A DNA stretch of 64,000 nt, taken from a virus. The position numbers and the translations under genes are program-made. The stretch is from IMG/VR virus record IMGVR_UViG_3300027666_000001, one strand, 5' to 3'. The notes under the pieces were generated by a model that had not been told where the DNA came from, made no database searches, and worked only from the letters and a program-made list of their open reading frames with translations. Each line of letters begins with the position of its first letter. The stretch's first letter is position 1. This document shows, piece by piece, positions 17,682 to 26,053 of the stretch.

Positions 17682-20600
17682 ATGGCGCTGGTCAATACGC
17701 TGGTCGTTCGCTTCCGGGCGTACGCAGCAAACGGTGCAGCAATCGGGATTCTGCCTCATCCGCTTTCCTGGGAAGCGGGCATCCCGCTCAACGACATGCC
17801 CTCGCTGACGATGACCTACCCGGACGGGTCGGATGCGGCCAACCTGCTGAAGTCACCCTGCGAAGTGGCGCTTGAGCTGCGCGATCCCAACACGGGTACC
17901 TTCACCGAGCACCCCGGATGCCGGTTCATGAACGTCCGCCGGTCGTTCGATCTCGCTGCCCGGCCGCGCATCCTCTCCTTCACGATGCCGTCGTACGGAT
18001 GGCAGCTCAAGAAGGTCCGCTGGATGGACCCGGACAATCCGCGCCTGAACAAGGACGGGCAGATTGCTTACAAGACGGCCGTGTCCCCGGCGCTTCCCGT
18101 CAAGGACATCATCGACCTCGCCAGGAACCGGGGGAACATCCCTGGTCTGACGTACGACTTCACCGGCAGTGTGGACTCCGCAGGAACCGCCTGGGGCGTC
18201 ACGATGAAGGGCAACTTCGACTACGGCCAGGACGCCTGGTCGATGATCGACGCCCTCTCCCGCCAGGGCTTCTTCGACTGGCGCATGAACAAGCGTGTCC
18301 TTCAGATGTACAAGGCGGACACGACGCTGCGCCGCCAGCTCGACAGCGATACGGGCGTGCACGTCCACAGCATGGTCGGCACCACCGAGGAGCCGGTCGA
18401 GCGTACCTGGGAAGACCTGGCCGGATTCATCGTGGCCGTCGGCGACCAGCAGCTCATCTCCGGCATGGTCGAGGCGCCGGACTCCGTTGAGTACCCCTGG
18501 GGGAAGTGGGACGAGTCGATCTCGGCGTCGGGTGTTACCGACGTGCAGACGCTCGCCCAGATCACCGACAACCTGCTGCTCACGAAGTACAAGAGCCGCA
18601 CTCAGTACACGAAGAAGTTCGTCTGGACCGAAGGTGCTCCGGTGCCGCTCGTGGACTACCGGCCGGGTGACTTCATCCGGGCCATGAGCGACGCGACGAC
18701 CGGCGCCCAGAAGGCGTCGATGCGCGTCTACCAGATCACCCTGTCGGGGACGGATCCGTACGGCGTCGGCGTCGCGCTCACCCTCAACGACCGGTTCACC
18801 GACCGGGCCCTCCAGACGGAGCGCTGGGTTTCCCGCGTGTCGGGCGCAGGAGGCCCCACGGGCGGCGGAGGCACGGGCGCCGGTACGAAGCCCCAGAAGC
18901 CTGCCCCGATCGACTCCACGCCCCCCAAGGCGCCGATCCTCAACTCGGTCACCAACGAGCCGTACTTCTCGACGCTGGGCGATCCGGTTTCGATGGCCGA
19001 CGTCGCCTTCCAGGTCGCCACCAAGGACGTTGAGAACCGCACGATCGACATCCTGCGGTACAACGTGGCTGCGCGCCGGTCGGACTTCAACTGGCAGCAG
19101 GCGTTCACCGTCCAGGTGACGCAGCCCGATTCGCCGTCCACCGGGCAGGTGATCCACGCCAAGGTGCCGCTGCTGGATTCGGGCTACAGCTATGAGTTCC
19201 GGGTGCAGGCGATCCGCGACTCCGGCTACGCCTCGGACTGGTCGAATGCCATCGTGCAGACAATGGGTTACCCAACGACGGCACCCGAAATCCCTTCGGC
19301 GCCGATTCTGTCGTCGAAGCTCAGCACGGTGAAGGCCGAGTGGGACGGCAAGGACGAGGACGGGAACGCCTACCCGCCGGAATTCCGTGAGGTGCAGGTC
19401 GAGGTCTCGACCAACAACTCCACATGGTTCCACGCGGGCGAAGTCTTCTCGGGTGGCGCCGGACTCATCATGAGCGGCAAGGGCGGCATACCGACCTGGA
19501 ACGTCGGCAACACGGTCTACGTCCGCTTCAAGGCGATGAACAGCGCCTCGGTCATTTCCGCCACCTCGGCCGTCACCTCCATCGTGGTGCTCGGTGTGAC
19601 CGGACCCGACATCGCCGCCAACACCATCACGGCAAACAACATCCTGGCCGGTACGATCACGGCCGAACAGATCAAAGCGCACAGCCTCTCGGTGGAAACC
19701 CTCTCCGTCGGCGACCCGGCGAACCTGGTGGTCGACCCGGCCTTCAGCTCCGCCACCCTGAACGCGGCCCGCCTCACCCAGGCCGCTGCATCGTCCGCTG
19801 GGGGTGTCGCCTGGACCATCACGGCCGACGGAAACCCGAGGATCGACAACAACACCACGGCGAGCAGCTTCAACCGGTTCGGTTTCACCAACAACACGCT
19901 GGTGAACTACCCGCTTCAGACCCATCCCGGCCCTGGCCTGACTTCCCCCGAGCTGGCCATTCCGGTGACCCGGCCGCAGAACTCCAGTGGCCCGACGGGT
20001 AACTTCAAGGCCAGGTTCGTGGTGACCGCCACTGGAATCCCGGCCAGCCCTGGCGCCGCGACCATCAACGTGGCCGTACTGGCGCGCAACTTCCAGCGAT
20101 CCGGCGCGGGCACGGCAACCTCCGGCGTGCTGATCTCTGACTTCACGATCTCGGCGAACGGCACGTACACCGTCACGTCGACCACCGGGTACAACGTTCC
20201 CGCAGGAATCGTTGGCCTCATTCCGTACTTCTACGTGAAGTTCGAGAACGGCGTTTCCGTCGATGTGGCCCTGGAGTTCAGCCAGATCGAAATCTGGCAG
20301 GAGGGTTCGGTCTTCATCGGTGACGGCCGGATCACGGCTCCGCTGGTGGCAGCGAATGCCATCACCACCGACAAGCTGGATGCGGATGCCATCACGGCCA
20401 AGCACTCGATTCGCTCGGCGTACTACGAGATGACGAGTCAGTCCGGCGGCGCCGTCATCAAGATCACAGAGAACGCCAACTTCAACGGCCAGTCCGGAAT
20501 CCGCTGGGACGGCCTGACGAACTACGGTCCCCGCATCTTCCAGGCCGACGCCTCCGGCACTGGAGGCTGGGACCCGCGCGGCTTCGTCATCACGGGCCCT

Positions 20601-20999
20601 GAGCAGACGGTGAACTCCTCCGGCCGAGTCGACATGCAGTTCGCCTACGGAGTTGCGAACTCGAAAATCACCCGGCAGTACGGCACGGAAACAATTTCCG
20701 TTCAGGGAATCTACTGGGATTCCTCGGTTGCTCGATTCCGTATTGGTGGAATGTTCAATACGGGTCACTTCCAGAACGACATGTTCCGCATGGACCGTGT
20801 CGGATTCCAAAACGGAACATATTCGTACGGATCGGTCACAACCCGTCGGTATTACCCGATTCTCTGCCCCAACGGTGGGTCCACGGCAACAACCAGTTCG
20901 ATCTATCAGTTCCCAAGCGGAACCGAGGGCGGATTCCAGTACGTTTCCAGCTCGGGCGTGACCGAAGTATTCTTCATCTGCATGTGCGGAACCCCGTGA
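17682..20999 (+). CDS. minor tail protein, Tal-like with FN3-like repeats (1105 aa)
   Basis: Second gene after the tape measure. Central segments (PSAPILSS...VKAEWDG) look fibronectin-III-like. Confidence 0.6.
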   Translation: MALVNTLVVRFRAYAANGAAIGILPHPLSWEAGIPLNDMPSLTMTYPDGSDAANLLKSPCEVALELRDPNTGTFTEHPGCRFMNVRRSFDLAARPRILSFTMPSYGWQLKKVRWMDPDNPRLNKDGQIAYKTAVSPALPVKDIIDLARNRGNIPGLTYDFTGSVDSAGTAWGVTMKGNFDYGQDAWSMIDALSRQGFFDWRMNKRVLQMYKADTTLRRQLDSDTGVHVHSMVGTTEEPVERTWEDLAGFIVAVGDQQLISGMVEAPDSVEYPWGKWDESISASGVTDVQTLAQITDNLLLTKYKSRTQYTKKFVWTEGAPVPLVDYRPGDFIRAMSDATTGAQKASMRVYQITLSGTDPYGVGVALTLNDRFTDRALQTERWVSRVSGAGGPTGGGGTGAGTKPQKPAPIDSTPPKAPILNSVTNEPYFSTLGDPVSMADVAFQVATKDVENRTIDILRYNVAARRSDFNWQQAFTVQVTQPDSPSTGQVIHAKVPLLDSGYSYEFRVQAIRDSGYASDWSNAIVQTMGYPTTAPEIPSAPILSSKLSTVKAEWDGKDEDGNAYPPEFREVQVEVSTNNSTWFHAGEVFSGGAGLIMSGKGGIPTWNVGNTVYVRFKAMNSASVISATSAVTSIVVLGVTGPDIAANTITANNILAGTITAEQIKAHSLSVETLSVGDPANLVVDPAFSSATLNAARLTQAAASSAGGVAWTITADGNPRIDNNTTASSFNRFGFTNNTLVNYPLQTHPGPGLTSPELAIPVTRPQNSSGPTGNFKARFVVTATGIPASPGAATINVAVLARNFQRSGAGTATSGVLISDFTISANGTYTVTSTTGYNVPAGIVGLIPYFYVKFENGVSVDVALEFSQIEIWQEGSVFIGDGRITAPLVAANAITTDKLDADAITAKHSIRSAYYEMTSQSGGAVIKITENANFNGQSGIRWDGLTNYGPRIFQADASGTGGWDPRGFVITGPEQTVNSSGRVDMQFAYGVANSKITRQYGTETISVQGIYWDSSVARFRIGGMFNTGHFQNDMFRMDRVGFQNGTYSYGSVTTRRYYPILCPNGGSTATTSSIYQFPSGTEGGFQYVSSSGVTEVFFICMCGTP

Positions 21000-21005
21000 G
21001 GAACG

Positions 21006-21776
21006 ATGGCTGAAATCGACGTGATCCGGCACGTAATCCGGCCGCATCAGCCCGCCAAGGGTGAGGAGTACGACCCGACGCAGGACATGCTGATCGTTGT
21101 CCACAAGAACCCCAACGACCCTGACGATCCAGTCGAGTTCGGCCATCACATCCGCATGAGCGTGGTGGCGTATCGCAAGGAGATGTGGGGGCTGGGGGAC
21201 TACGCCAGCACCATCGACATGGAGCTGAAGGATCTGGAGCGGTACTACGCCCGGGAGTCCGACGACGAGGACTACGGCGTGCATCCGCTTGCGACCATCA
21301 CGGAGCACTACTTCGACGTGCCTCCGGTCCGCATGAGGTCTTTCGGCCCGGACTACGTCCTGGACCGCGTCGAATCCCGGCTCACTGCGCTGCCCGGAAC
21401 GACGGACGGCGTGGTGAAGATGTGCCTGGACACGGTGCTGTCGGGACTCGATGACGTGAAGGGCTGCCTGGCGTCGGACCAGCAGCAGACGTTCCCCTGC
21501 AAGGGGATGACCGGACTGTCGACCGATACGGTCGGCGCCCGGAGCGACACGATGACGCGCATGGAGGAGCAGACCCAGCGCCTCACCCTGGTCCCCTCGG
21601 CGCCGCTCGACGAAGTGCGCCAGCTCCTGACGGACCGGGAGGGTGAGCTGGAGACGGCTCGGGACGGGTTCGTGAACCACGCCCTGATGACGAGCAGCGT
21701 GCCCGAGATCATGCGCAAGCGGGTGGTGGCCGCCGCCGTCAGGCGCGGCATTCTGGAGGAGAACACGTGGATGTAG
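21006..21776 (+). CDS. hypothetical protein, tail-module associated (256 aa)
   Basis: High-GC3 ORF 6 nt after the previous stop. Confidence 0.6.
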   Translation: MAEIDVIRHVIRPHQPAKGEEYDPTQDMLIVVHKNPNDPDDPVEFGHHIRMSVVAYRKEMWGLGDYASTIDMELKDLERYYARESDDEDYGVHPLATITEHYFDVPPVRMRSFGPDYVLDRVESRLTALPGTTDGVVKMCLDTVLSGLDDVKGCLASDQQQTFPCKGMTGLSTDTVGARSDTMTRMEEQTQRLTLVPSAPLDEVRQLLTDREGELETARDGFVNHALMTSSVPEIMRKRVVAAAVRRGILEENTWM

Positions 21777-21946
21777 GAACGGTGTCCTCGGAGGACGTCA
21801 TGGCGTCGTACGAGCGCCAGCTCAGCGAGGCACACAGGAAGATCGCGATGCTGGAAGCAGCCCTGGAGCGCGAGCAGCGCGCTGCATCGCGCACTCGTAT
21901 CGCCAGCCAGCAGGGCGTCCAGGAAGAACCGCAGGAGGCGGCATGA
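21767..21946 (+). CDS. hypothetical coiled-coil protein (59 aa, below ORF-track cutoff)
   Basis: GTG behind GGAGGAGAAC SD. Ends in an ATGA overlap with the next gene. High GC3. Confidence 0.5.
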   Translation: MDVGTVSSEDVMASYERQLSEAHRKIAMLEAALEREQRAASRTRIASQQGVQEEPQEAA

Positions 21947-22416
21947 CCGACGTCCAGATTCCGCCGGACGGCGTGATCGCGAAGCTGCCGTTCGAGGTTC
22001 CCCAGCCGGGCGACTTTCCCACCATCGGCGGGGTGCGTGTCTACTTCGTCTTCGGCCAGGACAACCCGAGCCCGTTCTATCCGAAGCTGCTGATCGGCGG
22101 CCAGAGTGTGGCGTTCAGCGAGAGTGCCAGCGGTCCGATGAGCCGGACGTTCGTGGCTCAGTTCCAGGAGGCTCTGAACGCACCGCAGCAGGCCGAGGTC
22201 TGGGTGAACGATGGCATCACGCTTCAGCCCGGCTGCACGATCACCGCGTACGCCTGGGGCGCCCAGACCGAGTCCGGCACGGGCGCCCTGAACCCGGACG
22301 AGGGCGGTCAGCCCAGCACGATGACCGAGACCATCGAGCTGGGGACCGTCACGGTGCTGACGTGGCCCGAGTGGAACCGCCTGACCGGCGCGAACGAGGG
22401 GCTGGAGGGGTCGTAG
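21943..22416 (+). CDS. hypothetical protein (157 aa), last gene of rightward module
   Basis: ATGA coupling. High GC3. Confidence 0.6.
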   Translation: MTDVQIPPDGVIAKLPFEVPQPGDFPTIGGVRVYFVFGQDNPSPFYPKLLIGGQSVAFSESASGPMSRTFVAQFQEALNAPQQAEVWVNDGITLQPGCTITAYAWGAQTESGTGALNPDEGGQPSTMTETIELGTVTVLTWPEWNRLTGANEGLEGS

Positions 22417-22930
22417 CCCGGCCACCCCTCGGGTAGGCGACCTGGCACACCGGCAGGTACCGCATGCGGGTCAGGTGGGACACGGCATGCCGCAGGGAGT
22501 CCCTGACATGCCGCTGGGCGTGCTCGTGACCCATGTGGAGACCCAGCGCCTCCAGCACCTCGTCGGGAACCATGTGCTTGGCCTCGACGGGCTCCTGGGG
22601 GTGCACGGCCTCGAACAGGTCCCGCTCGAACATCACCTGCTCCACGGAACCGATGACCCGCAGTGCCGTGACGTCCTTCTGGGCGTCGTTGTTGCGCAGG
22701 TGGAAGTTCTCGTAGAGCAGGTGATGCCTGCCGGGGTACCTGGCGTTCCACTCGATGAGCTGCATCGACGGCATGGCACCCAGACTCCCCAGTCGGGGGT
22801 CGTAGGGAATCGTGGTCCAGTCGATCAGCTCGAATTCTTGCGGCCGGATGTGCAGCAGGCTCATGCCCGTCTCGCCGCCGGGGTCCATGCAGTCGAGGAA
22901 GTAGCCCCGCTCCATCGTCTCGATATCCAT
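22349..22930 (-). CDS. RuvC-like Holliday junction resolvase (193 aa)
   Basis: N-terminal LDCMDPGGETG (RuvC DPG..TG motif), ENFHLR, and C-terminal QRHVRDSLRHA. GGAAAGGGAAGGG SD. Confidence 0.55.
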   Translation of the reverse strand: MDIETMERGYFLDCMDPGGETGMSLLHIRPQEFELIDWTTIPYDPRLGSLGAMPSMQLIEWNARYPGRHHLLYENFHLRNNDAQKDVTALRVIGSVEQVMFERDLFEAVHPQEPVEAKHMVPDEVLEALGLHMGHEHAQRHVRDSLRHAVSHLTRMRYLPVCQVAYPRGGRATTPPAPRSRRSGGSTRATSAP

Positions 22931-23069
22931 CTGAACATCCCTTCCCTTTCCGATAATTGGTGCCTAATGGACGAAAATGCCTGGCGGTACGTGCATGCGT
23001 GGCCCGTACCCATGACCGACACGGCCGGGAACCGGCACCAGGTGCAGTACCAGGAGAACGCGGAAACCA

Positions 23070-23094
23070 GGCAGGTGCGCTACGTTCACCTGCC
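23070..23094 (-). terminator. hairpin downstream of the polymerase gene
   Basis: GGCAGGTG-9 nt-CACCTGCC lies 18 nt after the polymerase stop. No U-tract. Confidence 0.4.
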
Positions 23095-23111
23095 GACCTG
23101 CTGGTGCCGGA

Positions 23112-25079
23112 CTATGCGGCCTTCTCGTAGCAGCCGATCCACGACCGCGACGCCGGACTCGACCCGCACGTGATCGGGACGGTCTCGAAGAAGGTCGTCA
23201 GCGCCTTCATGGCCTTCGCCGCGATCTCCTCCACGCGCTCCTGCGGAACCTCCAGCACGATCTCGTCGTGGATCACGAGGACCAGCATCTCCAGCACCTC
23301 GCGGTCCATCCTCAGCAGGCCGTCGCAGAGCAGGTCCCTCGTTGTCGACTGACCGACCTGGGCGGGCGCCTGCGTGTACTCCTGGCCCGGAATGACGCGC
23401 AGCACGCGGCCCCACTTGCTGGGCACCAGGCCCGTCTGCTCGGCCCGGCGCCGGATACGGTCGCGCCAGCGGCACAGGACCGGGAAGGCCCGCTTCATCC
23501 CGTCGTCGAACTTCCTGGTGACCTCCAGCGGCAGCCCGGTGTGGGCAGAGGCACCCTTCGGGCCCTGGCCATAGTTCCAGGCGTGGGTGATCGCCTTGGC
23601 CCGGCCGCGCGCGTCGTCGTCGCGGCTGCCGAAGACGCGGAACGCGACCTCCCGGTGCATGTCCATTCCCGGCCGGGCGAGCTTCATGTACTCGGGGTCC
23701 TGGCACCATCCGGCCACGGCGCGGGCGTCGACCTGGTCGAGGTCGATGGCGATGAAGACGTGCCCCCGCTTCGCCTTGAACATCCGGCGCTGGAGCAGCG
23801 CGGCGCCGCGCTTGCCGATGTTCGTGACCGAGGGCTTGATGTGGGCCCAGCGGCCGGAAGCCTGGATGTCGCCGATCTGCGGGTGCACACGCCCGTCGGG
23901 ACAGACGTTCTCCAGCACCTCCTCCGCCTTGGCGCTGGCCGATCCGACCATGATGGCCGCCTCGCACAACTCCAGCACGTCGGGGTTGTCGGCGTACTTC
24001 CGGCTCAGGCCGGGTATCGACTCCTGGCCACGCAGCCAGGACTCCTTGCCGAGCGCGTCCTTCGAGAGGGCGAGCTTGCCACCGTTCAGGGTGTACGGAA
24101 CGTCCTGATCGCGGACCCCGGCCCGGCGCAGTGCCCGCTCGAAAGCGTCGCGCCCTTCGGTCGTCGTGAGCGGGGAGGCGCCGATCGTCTTGGTGCGCCA
24201 CTTCCATCCCATACGGAGGTCGGGGCACGGCCGGTTGAACAGCGACTCGTACAGGGAGCGCACGCGCTTGCCGTGCTTGGTGGTTCGGGGGATACGTACC
24301 TCGACGCGCTCCTGCCAGTGGACCTCGGAGTGGGGGAGCGGGACCCCGGCCTTCTCGTGCAGCAGCTCGTACGCTTGCGCCCGCTGCTGCTCGGCCATCT
24401 TGATCTGCCGGTGGACCTCGTCCATGTCCACGCCGAGACCCTTGAGGTACATGCCGTTCTGGATCGCCGAGATCAGCATCTCGCGCTTGACCACGGGAAT
24501 CAGGTTCTTGCGGTAGGCCCGCTGGCCCATCTCGCGGTAGACCTGGCGGGAGGCGATGAGGTCGCCGCGCAGGTAGTCCCAGTACTCGGCCAGCTTCAGA
24601 GGGATCTTGTCGTAGCCGCCGTACTGCGCGGCCAGCCGGGGCAGGTGGTCTGTCTTCCCCTCGAATCCGTAGCGCACGGCCACGTCGTTGAGGCGGTAGC
24701 TGATGCGCAGGTCGGAGGGGGTGAGGCCACGCTTCGCGAGAGCCTTGAAGTTGAGCTTCACGCCGGGCCGGAGCTTCGGGTACGGCGGGTTGATGGTGCG
24801 CTCGCCCACGAGGGTGTCGATCGCCTTCTCTGCCAGCTCGTGGTAGTCCGCACCGCAGTGGACGGCCAGGGCCACGAGGTCAAATCCGAGAATGTTGTGC
24901 CCGTAGATCACGCTGGCGTCGCGCAGGACGTCGAGCAGATCCTGGGGATCCGTGGATATCTGCGGCTCGCCGTCGTCGATCACCCAGCCGACGAGCCGGA
25001 CGAACGGGCCTTCGTAGCCCCCCTTGAAGAGCAGGTCGGCGCTGGCGGTCTCGATGTCGAAGCCGACTACACCGGCCAT
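23112..25079 (-). CDS. DNA polymerase I-like (family A) with 3'-5' exonuclease domain
   Basis: Exo motifs FDIET and HNILGFDL. Pol motifs IDLDQVDARA, RGRAKAITHAWNYG and VIHDEIVLEV. ATG 25079 behind GAGGGGGAAGAG SD. Confidence 0.9.
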   Translation of the reverse strand: MAGVVGFDIETASADLLFKGGYEGPFVRLVGWVIDDGEPQISTDPQDLLDVLRDASVIYGHNILGFDLVALAVHCGADYHELAEKAIDTLVGERTINPPYPKLRPGVKLNFKALAKRGLTPSDLRISYRLNDVAVRYGFEGKTDHLPRLAAQYGGYDKIPLKLAEYWDYLRGDLIASRQVYREMGQRAYRKNLIPVVKREMLISAIQNGMYLKGLGVDMDEVHRQIKMAEQQRAQAYELLHEKAGVPLPHSEVHWQERVEVRIPRTTKHGKRVRSLYESLFNRPCPDLRMGWKWRTKTIGASPLTTTEGRDAFERALRRAGVRDQDVPYTLNGGKLALSKDALGKESWLRGQESIPGLSRKYADNPDVLELCEAAIMVGSASAKAEEVLENVCPDGRVHPQIGDIQASGRWAHIKPSVTNIGKRGAALLQRRMFKAKRGHVFIAIDLDQVDARAVAGWCQDPEYMKLARPGMDMHREVAFRVFGSRDDDARGRAKAITHAWNYGQGPKGASAHTGLPLEVTRKFDDGMKRAFPVLCRWRDRIRRRAEQTGLVPSKWGRVLRVIPGQEYTQAPAQVGQSTTRDLLCDGLLRMDREVLEMLVLVIHDEIVLEVPQERVEEIAAKAMKALTTFFETVPITCGSSPASRSWIGCYEKAA

Positions 25080-25093
25080 CTCTTCCCCCTCCG

Positions 25094-26041
25094 TCACGCG
25101 ATTCCCGTGGTCGCGGGCAGGAGGTACTTCTCCTCCCACGAGTAGAGCAGGTCGTAGTACCTGCTTCCGAGGTGCCGGGCGCGATGTGGCCTAGGCAGCT
25201 CGGGGATACACAAATGGTAGCAGTCCTCACCGTTTCTAGGGACGGGAGTCGCAGTGAAGATGTTCTCCTTCAGGAGCATTTCCGGGAACAGATCGCGGAC
25301 CCACTCCTGGCCGTAGACGTACGGCGCCAGCTCCACGTCCCGCTCGCTCGCCATGCCCTGCCAGAACATCTGGTCCTCACGCGAACGCACCGACAGGGTG
25401 TCCAGGTCGGGGCCGACCGGCGTGAACTGCACGCCGCGCGAGGGCTCCAGGAGAACCACCTTCGGGACGCCCGTGAGCCGCGAGGCCATGGCCTCGGGCA
25501 CGCCCTTGTCCCGGACGATGTCGGCCGCGAACAGCCGGAAGGCGGTGTCGCCGCGCGTCGCCGCCTCCAGGGCCAGGTGCACCACCCGCATGTCGCACGA
25601 GCCGAGCACTCGCGTGGCCTGCATTCCCTCAGGCCGGACCATCCACTTCTGGCAGGTCGCCGATGACAGCTCGGTCATCTCCTCGAAGAAGGAGGAGCTG
25701 AAGAGCATCAGTGGGCTGAGCAGGGTCACCGCCGCCAGCCGACGCCGCCTGCTCCACCTGCGGCGGTTCACGTGGGCCCACCAGGTGAAGGAGAGGATCT
25801 GCCCTCTCTCCGCCGGGCTGTACACGTGGAGCAGGTCGACGTCGGCCGGGTTGGTGTTGTACGGGCTGCGGAAGACGGTCCGGTTGGGGGCGTCCATGAC
25901 GCGCTCCACGGCCCTCACGAGGTGTGGGAAGCGGTGCAGTGAGGGAACGAGCATCCTGGCCCGGGAGACGCGCTCCTGGGGCGTTCCGTAGCGGTCCCCG
26001 GGCGGCCTCCCCGGCGGGCGCCCGGTCGGCTTTCGGGCCAC
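25094..26041 (-). CDS. hypothetical protein (315 aa)
   Basis: GTG 26041 behind CCGGAGGAAGC SD. High GC3 except the last 40 or so codons. Confidence 0.65.
   Translation of the reverse strand: MARKPTGRPPGRPPGDRYGTPQERVSRARMLVPSLHRFPHLVRAVERVMDAPNRTVFRSPYNTNPADVDLLHVYSPAERGQILSFTWWAHVNRRRWSRRRRLAAVTLLSPLMLFSSSFFEEMTELSSATCQKWMVRPEGMQATRVLGSCDMRVVHLALEAATRGDTAFRLFAADIVRDKGVPEAMASRLTGVPKVVLLEPSRGVQFTPVGPDLDTLSVRSREDQMFWQGMASERDVELAPYVYGQEWVRDLFPEMLLKENIFTATPVPRNGEDCYHLCIPELPRPHRARHLGSRYYDLLYSWEEKYLLPATTGIA
25188..25197. promoter_or_regulatory. GGCCTAGGCa operator-like palindrome (site S1)
   Basis: 9/10 match to GGCCTAGGCC, 109 nt upstream of the polymerase start. Embedded in the rare-codon 3' end of the upstream ORF. 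A second CTAG site lies at 25232-25240. Confidence 0.45.
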
Positions 26042-26053
26042 GCTTCCTCCGGG

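Noticed and set aside
17853-21680. 1275-aa ORF antisense to the minor tail protein genes
   Set aside because: Same artefact class. It is Arg/Gly/His-rich with low complexity, and the sense strand has the correct GC3 pattern.
23268-25145. 625-aa plus-strand ORF opposite the DNA polymerase gene, and likewise 26105-28414 opposite the primase gene
   Set aside because: Polymerase and primase motifs are unambiguous on the minus strand. The plus-strand products are low-complexity.
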